Assembly (NCBI GenBank): GCA_965153355.1 | Contig: OZ231126.1 | Span: forward strand, 22,258,001 to 22,322,000 | Source: Flaccisagitta enflata | Taxonomy: Eukaryota | Reading direction: 5' to 3' | Length of the DNA stretch: 64,000 nucleotides | Part shown: piece by piece, positions 1 through 13,835 of the stretch | How the letters are laid out: each line of letters begins with the position of its first letter | Numbering within the stretch: the first letter of the stretch is position 1 | The notes under the pieces: model-generated | What the model was told of the DNA's origin: nothing | What the model saw: the letters and a program-made list of their open reading frames with translations, nothing else | Database searches by the model: none | Made by a program: the position numbers and the translations under genes

Positions 1-217
1 TTAACGACGAGATGAACCAGCGAACAGATCTCAGCGAACCGGCAGACGAACTGACACAGATGAACCAGACGGTGGACCGACGGACGAACACCGGCCGATA
101 TGAACGTGGACGAACCAGCAAACGGAGTGTAAATCGCGTAACGCGGCGACTAAATGTTCATGCGCTATAAATTTTTTCAGAAAGGCCCTTAACGTTTTAT
201 TTTCTGTGTTTATTTGG

Positions 218-251
<34 letters not shown>

Positions 252-634
252 CTGTGTACAGTAATGTGTGTGTGTGTGTCTTCAAATGAGTGTCAAACTT
301 TTGGATTCGAGTAGAACATTTTGAATGGATAAAAAACTAACTTCCATTCCCAAAAACCGACCGCGAAACTCAAGTCGGCGCAATCCATGGCGAATAAAAA
401 AATTCAGCTCAAGTAGGTAGCTATGTCGTATCACTTCGTCGCCGGAGCAGCCATTGCATGGTATGGTGAAAAATGTAAATGTGATCGCGACGGTCGCAGT
501 TAGGAACTGGAGGCGAAATAGATAGCGACTTGAGATCGTCATTTTGCAAGTTTCAAAATATTGCAACCACAAGCATTATCACCTTTTACAGTTTTTCAAA
601 AGTCATATTTTACTCCCTCTACTGAACAAGTAGA

Positions 635-1051
635 CTGTAGGACACAGGGGTGAATTTCCATACGTCCTGAAAGGGCAAATTGGAGGCCTTAGTAGCAATT
701 TTCCATGATATTCAATGGAAATTTTGCATTTTTATAGATTTTTTGCCAATTTGCCATGTTATTCAATAGGAATTTTACATTTTTCTTAGTTTTCATCAAT
801 TTTCCTGTTATTCAATGGGAAACATGCATTTCTTTGCTTGTTTGTACATTTTCCATGTTATTCAATAGGAAGTTTGCATTTTGACAATTTCCCATGTTAT
901 CCGATGGGACTGCAGAATTGAGGCATTGATGGTCTATGGGGGGGGACGGACGAAAGGACGGAAGGACGGACGGAAGGACGGACCGACGGACGTATGGAAA
1001 TTCACCCCTGTGTCCTACAGGACATCGGCCTTTTGGGGTCGCTGCCCAAAA
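635..1051 (-). mobile_element. Pearl/HINE-like modular element, truncated, with AT-rich internal array
   Basis: Terminal block aaattcacccctgtgtcctacaggacatcggcc..gctgcccaaaa, plus repeated aattttccatgttattcaatgggaa units. Confidence 0.75.
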
Positions 1052-4000
1052 AGGATAGTGACGCGACAAAGAGAAAGGGAGAAATGATTTGGAGTAACAT
1101 TAAAGAGGTCATGGGGCCTAACATGAGGCCTGAGAGGGCTATTTTGAGGGTGAAGAGGGCCAAAATCAGGCCTGAGAGTGCTGATTTGAGGCCCGGATGG
1201 TCAAAGGGGGGAGATGGACGGATGGAAGGAGGGACATCTGGAAATTCACCCCTGTGTCTTACAGGACAACGGCCCTTTGGGGCCGCGGCTTAAAAAAGTA
1301 TTTCAGAATTTGCAGAAGACATAGAGGGCAAATGATTTACCTTAGTACAACTTTGTTGGTAAGTGAATGCTATGGAGGATGCTTAAAATATTTCGATGAC
1401 AGTCATGAATACTGAATATGAATCAAAAAGGAAAAATGTGGGATGGCTTGTACGATTACTCTAAGTCATAAATGCGTGAATGTACCTTCTTTATGAAAAT
1501 CCTCCAAAAGAACGCAAAAATAGGCAAACTGGGTTCAGCGACCTTGTTTTTTTTCTCCTATTTTCATTTGCAACGACGGCTTTCCGTTTTTGCCCTTGAA
1601 AAAAATCTTTTAGAAAGAAAGTGTGTTCACATGTGACTGAGACAGTTGCGTATGAATTGGCTGGAGCAATATCTTCTTAGAAAAAAAGTTGTTCATCCCA
1701 AAAACCTTTGGTGAACACTGCTCCCAAATAATCAGATTGGTCTCAAATGAAAAAAGCTATTCAAGAAGCTACTAGTCTGGGATCTGTGGCTTAATTCATT
1801 TAGGAGCGCCAAGGTTTTTTTAGAATGAACCATTTCTTTTCAGTGGTACACTAATATTTTCATATTTGGTCCAATCTTGCTCTATCACAAATGGATGTAC
1901 ACATTATTCCACTTTTTGGACGGAACTACCTGTGAGTGTTCTATCCTACCTCCTGTGGACAGCATCGCTTTCACACGACTTTAAAAGGGGTCCCCCAAAA
2001 ATGGAATGACGATTAAAAGAACTATCATGCCACTATTGTCCAGTAATGATAATCATGAACGGGCGCGCCGTGGGCAAAATGATATAACAGAACGACATTT
2101 TTGAAAGATTAAGTATGAACTTACTCTTAACGCCGCGCTGCTTATTTCTCACACGTCATAATATTTTTTTGAAGACGAGAAAAAAAATTTGGTGGTTGGC
2201 AATCTTGTTGTGACAGCGTCGCGTTGCTTTCACTCCAATAGGAAAAAAAGGCAAATGGATGATAACGTGTTTGTTCAATGTTCATGCCAGCCAACCTCGC
2301 AGCCCGAATCTTTTGCAAAGATGGCTTACCAATGAAGTGGATTTGGGTTGTGAGGTGATTGAGGGTGGTTGATGACGAAAACTTTTGCTAGGTGATTGAC
2401 GAAAACTTTTGCTAGGTGATGAGTTCAATCCACTTTGAGGGAGGGGGGGGGGCACGGAGTAGTGGAGCCGGGGGGACATCAACAGATTTTAGGTTGGATG
2501 TTGAAAAATTGGGGCTTGAAATTGTGGATGAACATTTTGAACCCCGCGATAACGAATGTTAAAGGACCAAAACGAACAGGAACACAACCAGGTTTCATCC
2601 ATGACAGGTGGAGTTCTATTTTTGTCAAAATAGAAATGAAAAGAAAATTACTTGAAGGGACCAAAGTTTAACATAAATTTTAGGCGGATATCCATCCCTC
2701 TTGGGTACGTTAAAGCGGGGTGTAACTGTAAAAGAAAACAAGGCCGGATACACGGCTACCGGAGTCGCGTGCGGGTGGGCTGAAGCTGTGATGGGGTCAC
2801 TTGATCATTTGGAGCAGGAGCAGTGAGGCCAAAGACCGCAAAACCCAAAAAAAGTAAAGTGTGACGAACGGACGGACGAGCAAACGGACAGACCGACGGA
2901 CCGACAAAGCAGGGTGTAGAGTCGCGTAGCACGCGACTAGAAAATAATCAGGCTACCTTGGTTATGGGGTAGAGGCAGTGATATAAATTACCTCTATAGA
3001 TCTAAAAGGCTGCTATAGGCATAGCGTCATATGTTCAGCGGTCCCCAATGTGCGTTGTTCTTAGTCGCGGACACGCGATTCTACACCTTGCCGTGTCGGT
3101 CCGTCCATCCGTTGGCCCGTCCGTCTGTAACATTTTTGGAATCCGAGCGTTTTTTGCACCCCTGCCCCTGCCCAACTGTCCGCCCAACTGTCCAGCCGTG
3201 TATCCTGCCTTTTTCATTGTTACATTCAGGGCTCTTAATTCTTCTTTTTTTGTTAAGAAGCAAAAATCTACCCTCTGAAGGCTGCTGACATGACAGGTCA
3301 TCCCACTTGGCCTGAAACTAGAATGACAGAGTAATGAACGGCAAATTTTGTTCATGCATGTGATATATCTCGCTATGTAGGTCCTGCAGTTTTTCTACTT
3401 TGAACAAATTCTGACAAAAGTTCCTGCGAAATGGTGATATCAGTCCGCCGCGATATCTGAATTGGTTGGTCAGGTGATCAAAGGTCGATAGTGAGTGGTG
3501 ACACGAACAGGGTACGGCAAAGTGCCCATTGCCCAAGCACACAAGCATTACCTTCATGATATCTTCTTAAACAAATTATAGCGATATTTTCTCTTCATCA
3601 AAGTGAGTCAGTATGTTTTCGAATAGGTTTGTTGATTGAGATTGGTACGTTTTTTAGATTTAAATGCATACTGTAGATTCTATGCCACCAAACCACCATT
3701 CCATCATGTACGTACTACACATACGACCAGAAAAGCTTCGTTGCAAGAGGCATGTTTTCAATCCTAAGTCACGCAAAAATCTAGTCTATGACTTTATGTC
3801 TAAGGTTGATCAATTGGTTCACTAATTATTCTTGTTGAGAATGCATTTGATGTTGCATTGAATGCATAAAATATTTCATCAATATCAAGCCATTAATCAA
3901 CGATATTGAAATTTGAGCTTCTATGCAACAAATGACGCAAACCAAGAAATCAATTAATTTAGATGAAAACAACTTCTTCCAATGAGAACACGGTCAGCGT

Positions 4001-4130
4001 TGCAATGTTTGGCTTTCCGCGCAATTTCCAGCTTTTATTTTCCCCCTCTTTGTTGATGCTTCTCATTTCCGTAACAATTAAGAGGGACCCATTATCGTCT
4101 GATAACACTCTCTTTTATGCTAAGGTGTTA

Positions 4131-4225
<95 letters not shown>

Positions 4226-5575
4226 GAGAGAGACAGAGAGTTTATACATCTATGCGGTCCCGAAAATACAAAAGAATATTGAAAAGAAAATTAAAGGAAT
4301 CTTGGAATCTGTGCGACTAGAAATAAGGGAAAAGACCCAGTTATAAATCAGGCAAAAGCCAGATTCTATGTGAGTTAAATGGGTGTAGACAGCCTTTAGT
4401 TTTAAGCCTCTGCTCATTGTATCTGTTTTGTATCTTTTTATGTCTTTTGAGGTTCAACTGTGTTGAAGCATTTTTGCCAAAAGCCCCCTAACCCAAATGC
4501 CCTCCGCGATACTGAAAATATGGTCATATTTGAATCTGGTCTCCCTCGCGGAGAAATGATGCCATTTCATCACAGATGATAACCCTAAAATCTGGAGATG
4601 ATCAGACAAAGTTTACTCATAGCCATAACCCCCCCTCATTTTCCATAGAAAATATACAGGAAAGGATTTGGCCTCTGCAGCTTCCTATCTTTCATAATGG
4701 GAATGGGGTGGGAGTTGCGGCCATGAGTAAACTTTGTCTGATCATCTCCAGAGTACAGAGTTACCATCTATGATGGAAATAGTCTGACCTCTCCCACAAG
4801 GAAGACGAGATTCGGATTTGAACATGTTACAAATCACCCTACTGGGCAAAGCGCCATCACTTCCTGCTAGACTGTTCCCAGGACAGCTTCTTTTGTAAGT
4901 TGTAATTTTCCAGGATGGATGTACATGGATGGACATGTTCTTGGGACGTGTATACGCTGAGAGGTGGTAATAAGAGGTTATGAGTAAAAGAGAGATGAAC
5001 AGGCTATATTTTCAGGCAGCTAATGGGCCGTGAGAGAGAGAGAGACACACACACACACACAGAGAGACAGAGACAGAGAGACAGACAGAAAGGGAGCCAG
5101 TTACAGAGACCGAGATCGAGGGAGAAAGACCGAGGGAGGCCCAGAGAGAACCCAGAGAGGAGCAGGAGGAATGGAATGAGACTATCGCACGAGGAAAAAA
5201 GATGAAATGGCAGGGAATGAAAGCATAACAGAGACAGAAATAATGACTATGTCAACGAAACAAAAAAAAAAAAAAAAAAAAAAGAACAAATGAAACTAAG
5301 GCGCAGCAACATGGAATTGAATCTGGCTAGTATATTGGATGTCATTTGGAGAGAAGTCCATTTCAAAGTTCATCCTCCTTACTCATGAGTCATGACCGAT
5401 GTCTGGCTTGAAATTCAATCTCTGCAAAATAAAAGCTCGTGAGGACAAATCGAAGCTAAGTGCGTGAGACTAGAGCCATAATAAGTGACGCAGGGTCACA
5501 ATATAGTTGCGAACGGGTTGGCAGGGGCATCCAACCTCCATCCACACTTCAACCTCCCAACACACAAACATACAC

Positions 5576-6127
5576 AACAAGTCATCCAAGGATCGCACAT
5601 GGTCAGCGGTACCCGATGCCCTGCTTGGAGTGATCAGCTGAAGAAGTGGGTGAGAGCAGGGCGCGGCCCCCAAAGAGGCCGATGTCCTGTAAACGGGAGT
5701 AATTTCCAGACGTCTGAGAGGCCTTTGGGCTCTGGGGTTATTTTCCATGTTATTCAATGAGAACATTGCATTTTTTTCAATATTTTTGTCAATTTACCAT
5801 GCTATTGGATCTAGATTCTGCATTTATTTCATAATTCTATCAATTTTCCATGTTATTTCCTAGGGATTTCACATATTTTTAACTTCTGGTAAATTTCCCA
5901 TGTTATTCAATGGGAATCTCGCATTTTTGCATTTTTTGTCAATTTTCCATGTTATTCAGAAATTTTGCATTTCTTCAATTTTCCATGTTATTCCATGGAA
6001 TTTGAGGCTCAGAAGCTTTGGCAGGGGGAGGATGGACGTATGGATGTATGACAGGCGTGCGGACAACGTCTGGAAATTCACCGCTGTGTCCTACAGGACA
6101 TCGGCCGTTGGAGACGCTGCCCAAAAA
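5576..6127 (-). mobile_element. Pearl/HINE-like modular element with AT-rich internal array
   Basis: Both inverted terminal blocks, the 3' tail (gtcatccaaggat..ggtcagcggtacccgatgccctgct) and ttccatgttattc repeats. Confidence 0.8.
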
Positions 6128-6270
6128 ATATCTAATTCACTGGGTTTTTACTTTCCTTAAATCACCATGCTGTATGGACCATACGGATGGACGGTTAATC
6201 CTCTTATGAAGTTGTGTGTCCATCTCTGAAATCGAATAAAAAAGCATCAGTTGTTGTCGACCGGACAAAT

Positions 6271-6872
6271 GACCGAACAAACATGAAGATCTCTTTGACA
6301 CCTGCACACTGTGTCTCAAGCAAACGACCAAACAAACATGAAGATTTCTTTGACACCTGCACACTGTATCTCAAGCAAACGACCGAACAAACATGAAGAC
6401 CTCTTTGACACCTGCACACTGTATCTCTAGCAACTGGCCGAACAAACATGAAGATCTCTTTGACACCTGAACATTGTATCTCAAGCAAACGACCAAACAT
6501 ACATGAAGATCTCTTTGACACCTGCATACTGTATCTCAAGCAACGGCCAAACAAAAATGAAGATCTCTTTGACACCTGCACACTGTATCTCAAGCAAACG
6601 ACTGAAAATACATGAAGATCTCTTTTTGACACCTGTACACTGTATCTCAAGCAAACGACCGAATATATATGAAGATCTCTTTGACACCTGCACACTTTAT
6701 CTCAAGCAAATGACCGACCAAACATGAAGATCTCTTTGACACCTGAACATTGTATCTCAAGCAAACGACCAAACATACATGAAGATCTCTTTGACACCTG
6801 CATACTGTATCTCAAGCAACGGCCAAACAAAAATGAAGATCTCTTTGACACCTGCACACTGTCTCTCAAGCA
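6271..6872. repeat. 55-bp minisatellite, about 11 copies
   Basis: Unit gaccgaacaaacatgaagatctctttgacacctgcacactgtatctcaagcaaac repeated head to tail. Confidence 0.95.
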
Positions 6873-7297
6873 TACGGTCGATTGTCATTCTTCCTCTACA
6901 TTGTGAGTAGTTTGTTTGTATGTTCCTTGTTTCTCTCTCAATCTTGCCGTAATTTCTTCTCCTGTCATTCTCTCCTTATCACTTCAAATTTGAGGGTAAC
7001 ATCTTTAATGCGAATTTCGCACATCAGTGAAGAAATTTCCCATACTATGATGTTAATTCTTTTTACAGATTTCAGACAAAAAAATCATGGAAATTAAATT
7101 CATTCATATCACAGGAAAAGTGCAACAAAAAGCAACTTACAAAAAATCTTGATAAAACTAGACTGAACTTTTGATTTTAGAAAAAACCTTCAACAGATAC
7201 TTTTTTGAAATCATAATCGGGATGAAGTGAGATAATCGGGAAAAGTCAAAGTGAGTCTTCAACTTTTTTTACATATTCCAGAAAAACATGATTTTTA

Positions 7298-8065
7298 TTT
7301 TAAGTTGCATGCTACGCAACTCTACACCCTGCTATGTCAGTCTGTCGGTTGGTTGGTTGGTTGGTTGGTTGGTTGGTTGGTCAGTCAGTCGGTCCGTCCC
7401 CATTTTGGGCAGCGGCCCCAAAGGGGCCGATGTCCTGTAGAACAGAGGTGAATTTCCATCGTCCGTCCGTCATCCGTCCCCACAGTTGGCCTCAAATTTG
7501 CCCTCCTGACCTCAAATTTGCCCTCCCAGCCCCCTCCATTGCCTGACTGCAATTTAGCCCCCGAGCTCCGTCAGCTTTCCAGCTTGGTCCCCCCCTCACC
7601 TCACGTCTGACCTCCAGACCTCAAATCTGCCTTCCAGACCCTCAATTGGCCCTCCAAGCATAAAATCAGCCCTCCATGTCTTAAATTTGCCCTCCAAACC
7701 TCAGTTCAGCTCTCCAAGCCTTAATTATGCCCTCCAGCCTTCAAATATGCCTTCAGCAGCCTAAATCAGTCATCTAAGGCCCCTGAAATATGCTCCTCAG
7801 GACATATGAAATTCCCCCTGTGTTCTACAGGACATCGGCCCTTTGGGGCCAACTGCCTGCTCTCCTCCCTGCTTCTTCACTGGATCACTCCCAGCAGGGC
7901 ATCGGGTACCGCTGACCATGTGCAATCCTTGGATGACTAGTTACTTTTTTGGCGTTTTTGAGCTTTTTGAGCATGCAGCTCCTGCCCAGATGCCATAGTG
8001 ACCTTCTCCAGCACTGCTCCTGCCCACCTACACGCGTCTAGGGTAGCCATGTATCTGACCTTGTT
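7298..8065 (+). mobile_element. Short HINE (Helentron-associated) element split by a pearl-like element at 7407-7940
   Basis: HINE 5' end with GTTG/GTCY microsatellite and 3' end cacgcgtctagggtagccatgtatctgaccttgtt. The inner element sits in the T-run of ccccattttacttttt, seen uninterrupted in the copy near 21960. Confidence 0.8.
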
Positions 8066-9560
8066 TTGTGAGAAAACTCCAGCGCTCAATCGACTGAATG
8101 AGCCCTCTAACGAAATAGATAGAGTAAAAAAATTTGATAATTCTCTTTCATTTGGCACCAAGCAGAATGCTCTTTGTGAAATATTTTTGAAGTAACGATT
8201 TTTTTGTTTTTTGTTTTTATTATTTTAAGTAGGATTATCAAAGGAGTGAGTTCATGTTTGTTTTAGCATGTAAATACAAGAAAACATGTTTTAAGCATGT
8301 TAATGAGCATGTGATAAATAAATAGATGTTTTGATGCATGTCTGAGCATATAAGTACATGAAAGCATGTCAGTGAACATAGCCTGTCATCTGTGTGAGTG
8401 AATTTGAGTATTCTAGCTCATCTTGCTCATTTGGCTCAAACCTATTTTTCTCAGATTTTCTGTGCAATTAAAACATAAAAAAAGATTGCAGTAACTGAAG
8501 ACAAAAGCTTTTTTCCTCGCGGCGATAGTCCCCATTTTTGGCAAATAAGCAAAGATTTTCAGACCATTTTATGTTTTTTTTACTCTCTCTCAATTTGTCA
8601 CATTTTACCAAGAAAAGAGAAGTTGCATATGCTTGAGAGAAGAAAAAAATTAGAAGAGATGTATCATGTCATTTTTTCTGAAGTTGAATGTATCATGTTA
8701 TTTTTTCTGAAGTTGATACTCATTCCAACGTAGTGGGTCGTGGGAATTCCCTCTTTAGTAGGTAAAGAATGAGGATTCGCACTTCAGAGACCAGATCTGA
8801 ATTCGTTCCACTTTAGGCTATCCCTGTCTCATTTTTCGTTGATAGTCTCCTCGCTGTCTCTTTCTCTGGTTGGAGTTTCTTACTCAATTCTTCCACGTTT
8901 TGCATAAATCATTTGAGTAATTCGTTGCATCTAGGACGAAAGGCGACGAAACTCCCATGGCTGACAGCACGGTTCGTTGGGAGGGAAAAGGGAGGGGGGG
9001 GGGGCAGCTAGAACGACAGACCAATTTCTAATAGCATTTGTTGTGAGGAGGGGGGGGGGAAGAAGCCACCAAAGACCGATGACTGACAGCTAACATAGCC
9101 AAGAAAGGACAGCATGGGTCGTTTGCCAGGAGAGAGGTGCTGATACACTAGCTAGCTACTGACAACATAGGTTGTCAGGAGATAGGCGAGGACAACATGG
9201 GTCGCTTGCAGGGAGAGGGGGCGTGAGGCGATGACACACTATTAGCTGACGGCATTGGTACCACGCGAATTAAAAAAAAGATGCACTTTTAAATGGCTAA
9301 TTTAGCCAATAAATCTTTAAAAAAACTAAAGATAATCTTAGATCATTTCGAAGCCCTTTGAAAGTCTTTTCATTTGGCGCTTATCTGGTATTGCTATCTT
9401 TTTTCATTTAGAAATGGCATCAGTTTGAGTAAAAATGTTGCCTATATTTCAGTTTTCACCAATCTTTAGGAAAAAAATGCGCATTTTAGCAAGTGCTTCT
9501 CTTTTGGAAGCCTCCAGCTCCTAAACCGTTTGAGATGCAGACCTGGGATTGCTCTAAAAT

Positions 9561-10415
9561 GGACAGCTAAATGACACCAACGCGGACATGAAAGCGTCAT
9601 TCAGTTGGCTTAACAACTGCTTCCTTGACCCAGCATCAGAGGGATATATAATGGCCGCACAAGAAATGGCGCTTTTCACGAAAGTCCATGAGAAGAATAT
9701 CCTAAAGGTCCGCAATGACGCCACATGCAGAGTATGCCGAATTCAGGGAAATGATGAGACAATTTACCATATCCTCTCTGGATGTGACAGCCTAGCAAAA
9801 CGAGAATACTTTACCCGACACAATGCAATATGCAAATATCTCCATTACGTCATAAGTAACTCATATGGCATTCCAACTGGGAAAGACTGGTTCTCACATG
9901 CACCAAAAGAGGTTATAGCCTGCAATAATGTTGACCTCTCTATGACCAAGTCCTGCGCACAGACTTAGAAGTTGGTGCAAATCGCCCCGGTGCAAATCGC
10001 CCCCATATTGTCATCAAGGATAAAGCCGCTAAGAAGACCTATATTCTGGACGTCTCATGCCCGTGTGATATCAACATCTATAAAGCAGACGCTACCAAAG
10101 TTGCAAAATATATTGGGTTGAAGGGGCAGCTGCAGAAACTATGGGGCTTTGATTGCGTCATTATACCTGTTATAATTGGGGGCCTTGGTGGTGTGACCCA
10201 TAACCTAAAGGACTACCTCACCATGATTCCTGGAAACCCAAGTTTATCAATCTGCCAAAAAGCCGCGCTTCTGGGATCAAAGAAAATCCTGATGGATGTT
10301 TTATTAAGAAGCCGCTAAAAGACACATGTCCCATTGGAGCAAGCAGCCCCACGGACACAAACTGAATACCAAGCAACACCGACACCCGTGCTTGTGAAAT
10401 GAAAAATCAATTCAT
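9561..10415 (+). pseudogene. 5'-truncated, frameshifted 3' end of an RLE-type non-LTR retrotransposon (R4/Dong/NeSL-like)
   Basis: CCHC knuckle CRVC..ETIYHILSGC and RHN motif in ORF 9588-9968. After a frameshift near 9940 the frame reads YDQVLRTDLEVGANRPGANRPHIVIKDK..ILDVSCP..KVAKY..IPVIIGGLG..QKAALLGS..* (stop at 10318), a decayed PD-(D/E)xK restriction-like endonuclease. The RT domain is absent. Confidence 0.9.
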
Positions 10416-11834
10416 CTACTCTCTCTCTCTCTCTTTTTCTCTCTCCACCCAACGATGACTCACCCTCTGGTCCAAGTTCCTTTCCTGAATGGATTTTTTT
10501 AGGGGTCAGGCCGCCTCCAAGGTGTCGTTTAGTCATGTTTTCCCTGAAGAATTAGCGCCATTTTCCAAAGTCATCTAGTCTTGCGTCAGTTCACATCGTC
10601 AAAGCGGTGAATGAAGAAAGAGGGCCATAGTCGTGGGTGATAGTCGTTGGTGATTGTGCTCGTGGGTGATAGTAGCCTACAAGCCGTGGGTGCCACGACT
10701 CGGCGAGGCTGAAAGTAAGTTGCCTTTTCTCACAACTTGATCGTTGGGGCGGTGCAGTGATTGGGAGCGATGATGGCGAGTTGCGTCGTTACGTCGTAAA
10801 TGACTGCGGGATGTGAGACGCATTTACGGCGTAATTGACGGCGGGGTGTAACCACTTACAGCCGAAGTTGCTTTCATCAAATTCGATCAGAAAACCTCCA
10901 AAATTTGAAAGTCGAATCCGACTCGCATTAATTTACTATTATATCGAATTCTTGATCCCGTTTTTATTTTTCAGTGCAATTCTTTCTTTCTTTGTTTGTT
11001 TGTTTCTTTTTTCTTTTTTTCTTTTTTTCTTGTTTTCTTTCTTTCTTTCTTTCTTTCCTCCCCGTTTTCACCTTGCCTCCATGATCTTCATGTCTTATAC
11101 TGCCTTCATAAAATGGAAAGCTCCATCTTCATCATCGGTCAGCTTCTTCTCGTTCTCCCCAATTTTTCAGTCTCGCTCCTATAACTCCAACCACCAACCA
11201 AATCCAGCCAAATCTGGAATTTGCGCCAAAACCCCCTTAGTATTTCTTGATTGATTCCTAAGCGAAATAAGGAAGATCATACAATTATGCTCTTCCCTCT
11301 CATAATGCCTTATCACTTGCCAATACTAACAAGTCGACTTGGTTCAAATGTCAGTCAAACATTTCCCGAAATGTTTCACCCGCAGGCTCAAGATCAAAAA
11401 GCTCAGACACAGGGAAAATGGCAGTCACTGTCGCGTGATAGTGATTAAAAAATGGAGAGGGAAAAAAAAAGATGAGGAAGAATTCTATTTTATCCATGGA
11501 AAAGTCATTAGACGCTGCTTACTTCCTCTATCTGTGGTTCCCATCTTTTCTTCTTGTTTATCATTTTCTTTTTATTGTTTTCTTTTTTTCTTCTTTTTTC
11601 CCCCTCTTATTTGGCGGTCAAGTCATCGTCTGGCCAACTGTGGCATGGAGGCCATTTGACTTTGGTCGCATTCCTTCAGATCTTTGCCGCGCCTTTTGTT
11701 CTGCCCAGTTGAGTCTTTTGTTCTCGATTCCTTTTTGTCGGCTTTTGCCGCTACACGGAAAGCGTCAATTTTCGCTCCTCACATAGACTGCTCGCTGTAT
11801 TGGTCATTATGGTGATTCTCTCATTTTCTGTATT

Positions 11835-12306
<472 letters not shown>

Positions 12307-12985
12307 CGGATTCTGTCTGTCCACCCACTTGACCATTTGTCCGTCTGTCCTGATTTCTTACCCCCCCCCCCCTTCTAGCTTTTCCTCTACACGCTCTTTT
12401 TACCTCGCTTCGTTTCAACCGGCTTTTGTTTCTTCACTTTGTACCTCTTCTATCAATATTCTCCGTAATTCACTCCCTTGTCTGAGTCTGTTTTGGATCG
12501 GTCGATCGATGAGGCGATGTCTGAGATGATCAACGAGGGAATACACCGATATGCATCCCATAAGCAAAGCAACGTGGTGCAAGCAGGGTGGTGGGGTGGT
12601 GAGGGATTACCAATAGCAATGTCCGAAGTAGGGTGGTAGGGTGGTGTGAGATTACTAATGTCGGTGTCTGATGTAATAATCAAAGGATTTGATCGTTACG
12701 TGGTCAAATATCGATCTTCTCGCGTGGTGTAAATGGGAGAAAGGGACTGAAAAGGAAAAAATTAGATGTTGGAGGAATGAAAATTGTAAACGAGTAGGGC
12801 GAATGGTGAAAGTGAAGTTTCGTAATTGGCGGGGGTGGGGGGAAATTGGGTTTTTGTACCATCTCCAACCTAATAAATGATTGCTGGTAGGTGCCCGATG
12901 TATTGCGAAACCCTATAACAAATAAAAAACAGATTCTTTCCAAAAACAGTTTTGTGGACAGAGTTGAAAGGACGAAGAAGAGTCC

Positions 12986-13109
12986 GTCAATAAAGAGAAA
13001 AAAAAACTGTCCGTCGTCACTTCATTCGGTTCTCGTCAAAATTGTTTTACGACGTCTATTTATGACGGGGCCCCAAAATCGACGGGCTCTGTCAGTCCGT
13101 TTTTACGAC
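12986..13109. promoter_or_regulatory. Candidate intronic enhancer: cluster of posterior-Hox/Cdx-type sites plus a Meis site
   Basis: GTCAATAAA 12986-12994, TTTTACGAC 13045-13053, TTTATGAC 13059-13066, CTGTCA 13089-13094 and TTTTACGAC 13101-13109, in unique sequence about 0.75 kb upstream of the homeobox exon. Motif match only. Confidence 0.45.
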
Positions 13110-13179
13110 GCTTCGAGTCAGTCAGTCAGCGTCTGGAAATTTTTGAACGGAGAGACTCTTTTTAGGGTTGAGTGGGAAT

Positions 13180-13293
<114 letters not shown>

Positions 13294-13835
13294 TCATGAC
13301 CCGACTGGAGAATGAGGTTGAGAAAAAGGCTTGGTTGTCTCACGGATGTCAGTTATGTCTGGTTTGTGATATGTAATAATTCCTCGCTGTAAATACGATT
13401 CCATGAACCACACCCGATGACAAAGAACATAACCTTACCCTCATCATTTTCTGAAGACACTTCCACACTACAAACATCCGCATATGTGCCTAGAATTCTC
13501 GATAATTCCTGACATGAATGATTTGCTTTTACTGATCTGCAAAAAAATTATTTTCGTGTTTTTCAGGACTTTGTTCTTGTGAATTGTATTCCTTGCATCT
13601 ATCAAATTGTACCTTGTTTGCGTCTCTATGTGCTCCATAGTGGGCGTATTGAACGGAAAACCTCAACAATTTTTATTCGAACACCCGAAAAATGTCAATA
13701 GATCGATTACATCCATTTTTTTTAACTAACGTCAAAGCCAGAAATCGTTTATTGCTATTGTAGCGACACCACTGATCGCCGAACATGTATAGTATATTCA
13801 TTTCCTTTCCTCTTGCTCCCCCCCCCCCCCATCAG

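Noticed and set aside
3318-3557. 79-aa minus-strand ORF with non-repetitive composition
   Set aside because: No recognisable motif, in-frame stops just upstream, and no convincing splice context.
6271-6872. CRISPR-like periodicity here and at 55107-55510
   Set aside because: Units are contiguous with no unique spacers, there are no cas genes, and the context is eukaryotic.
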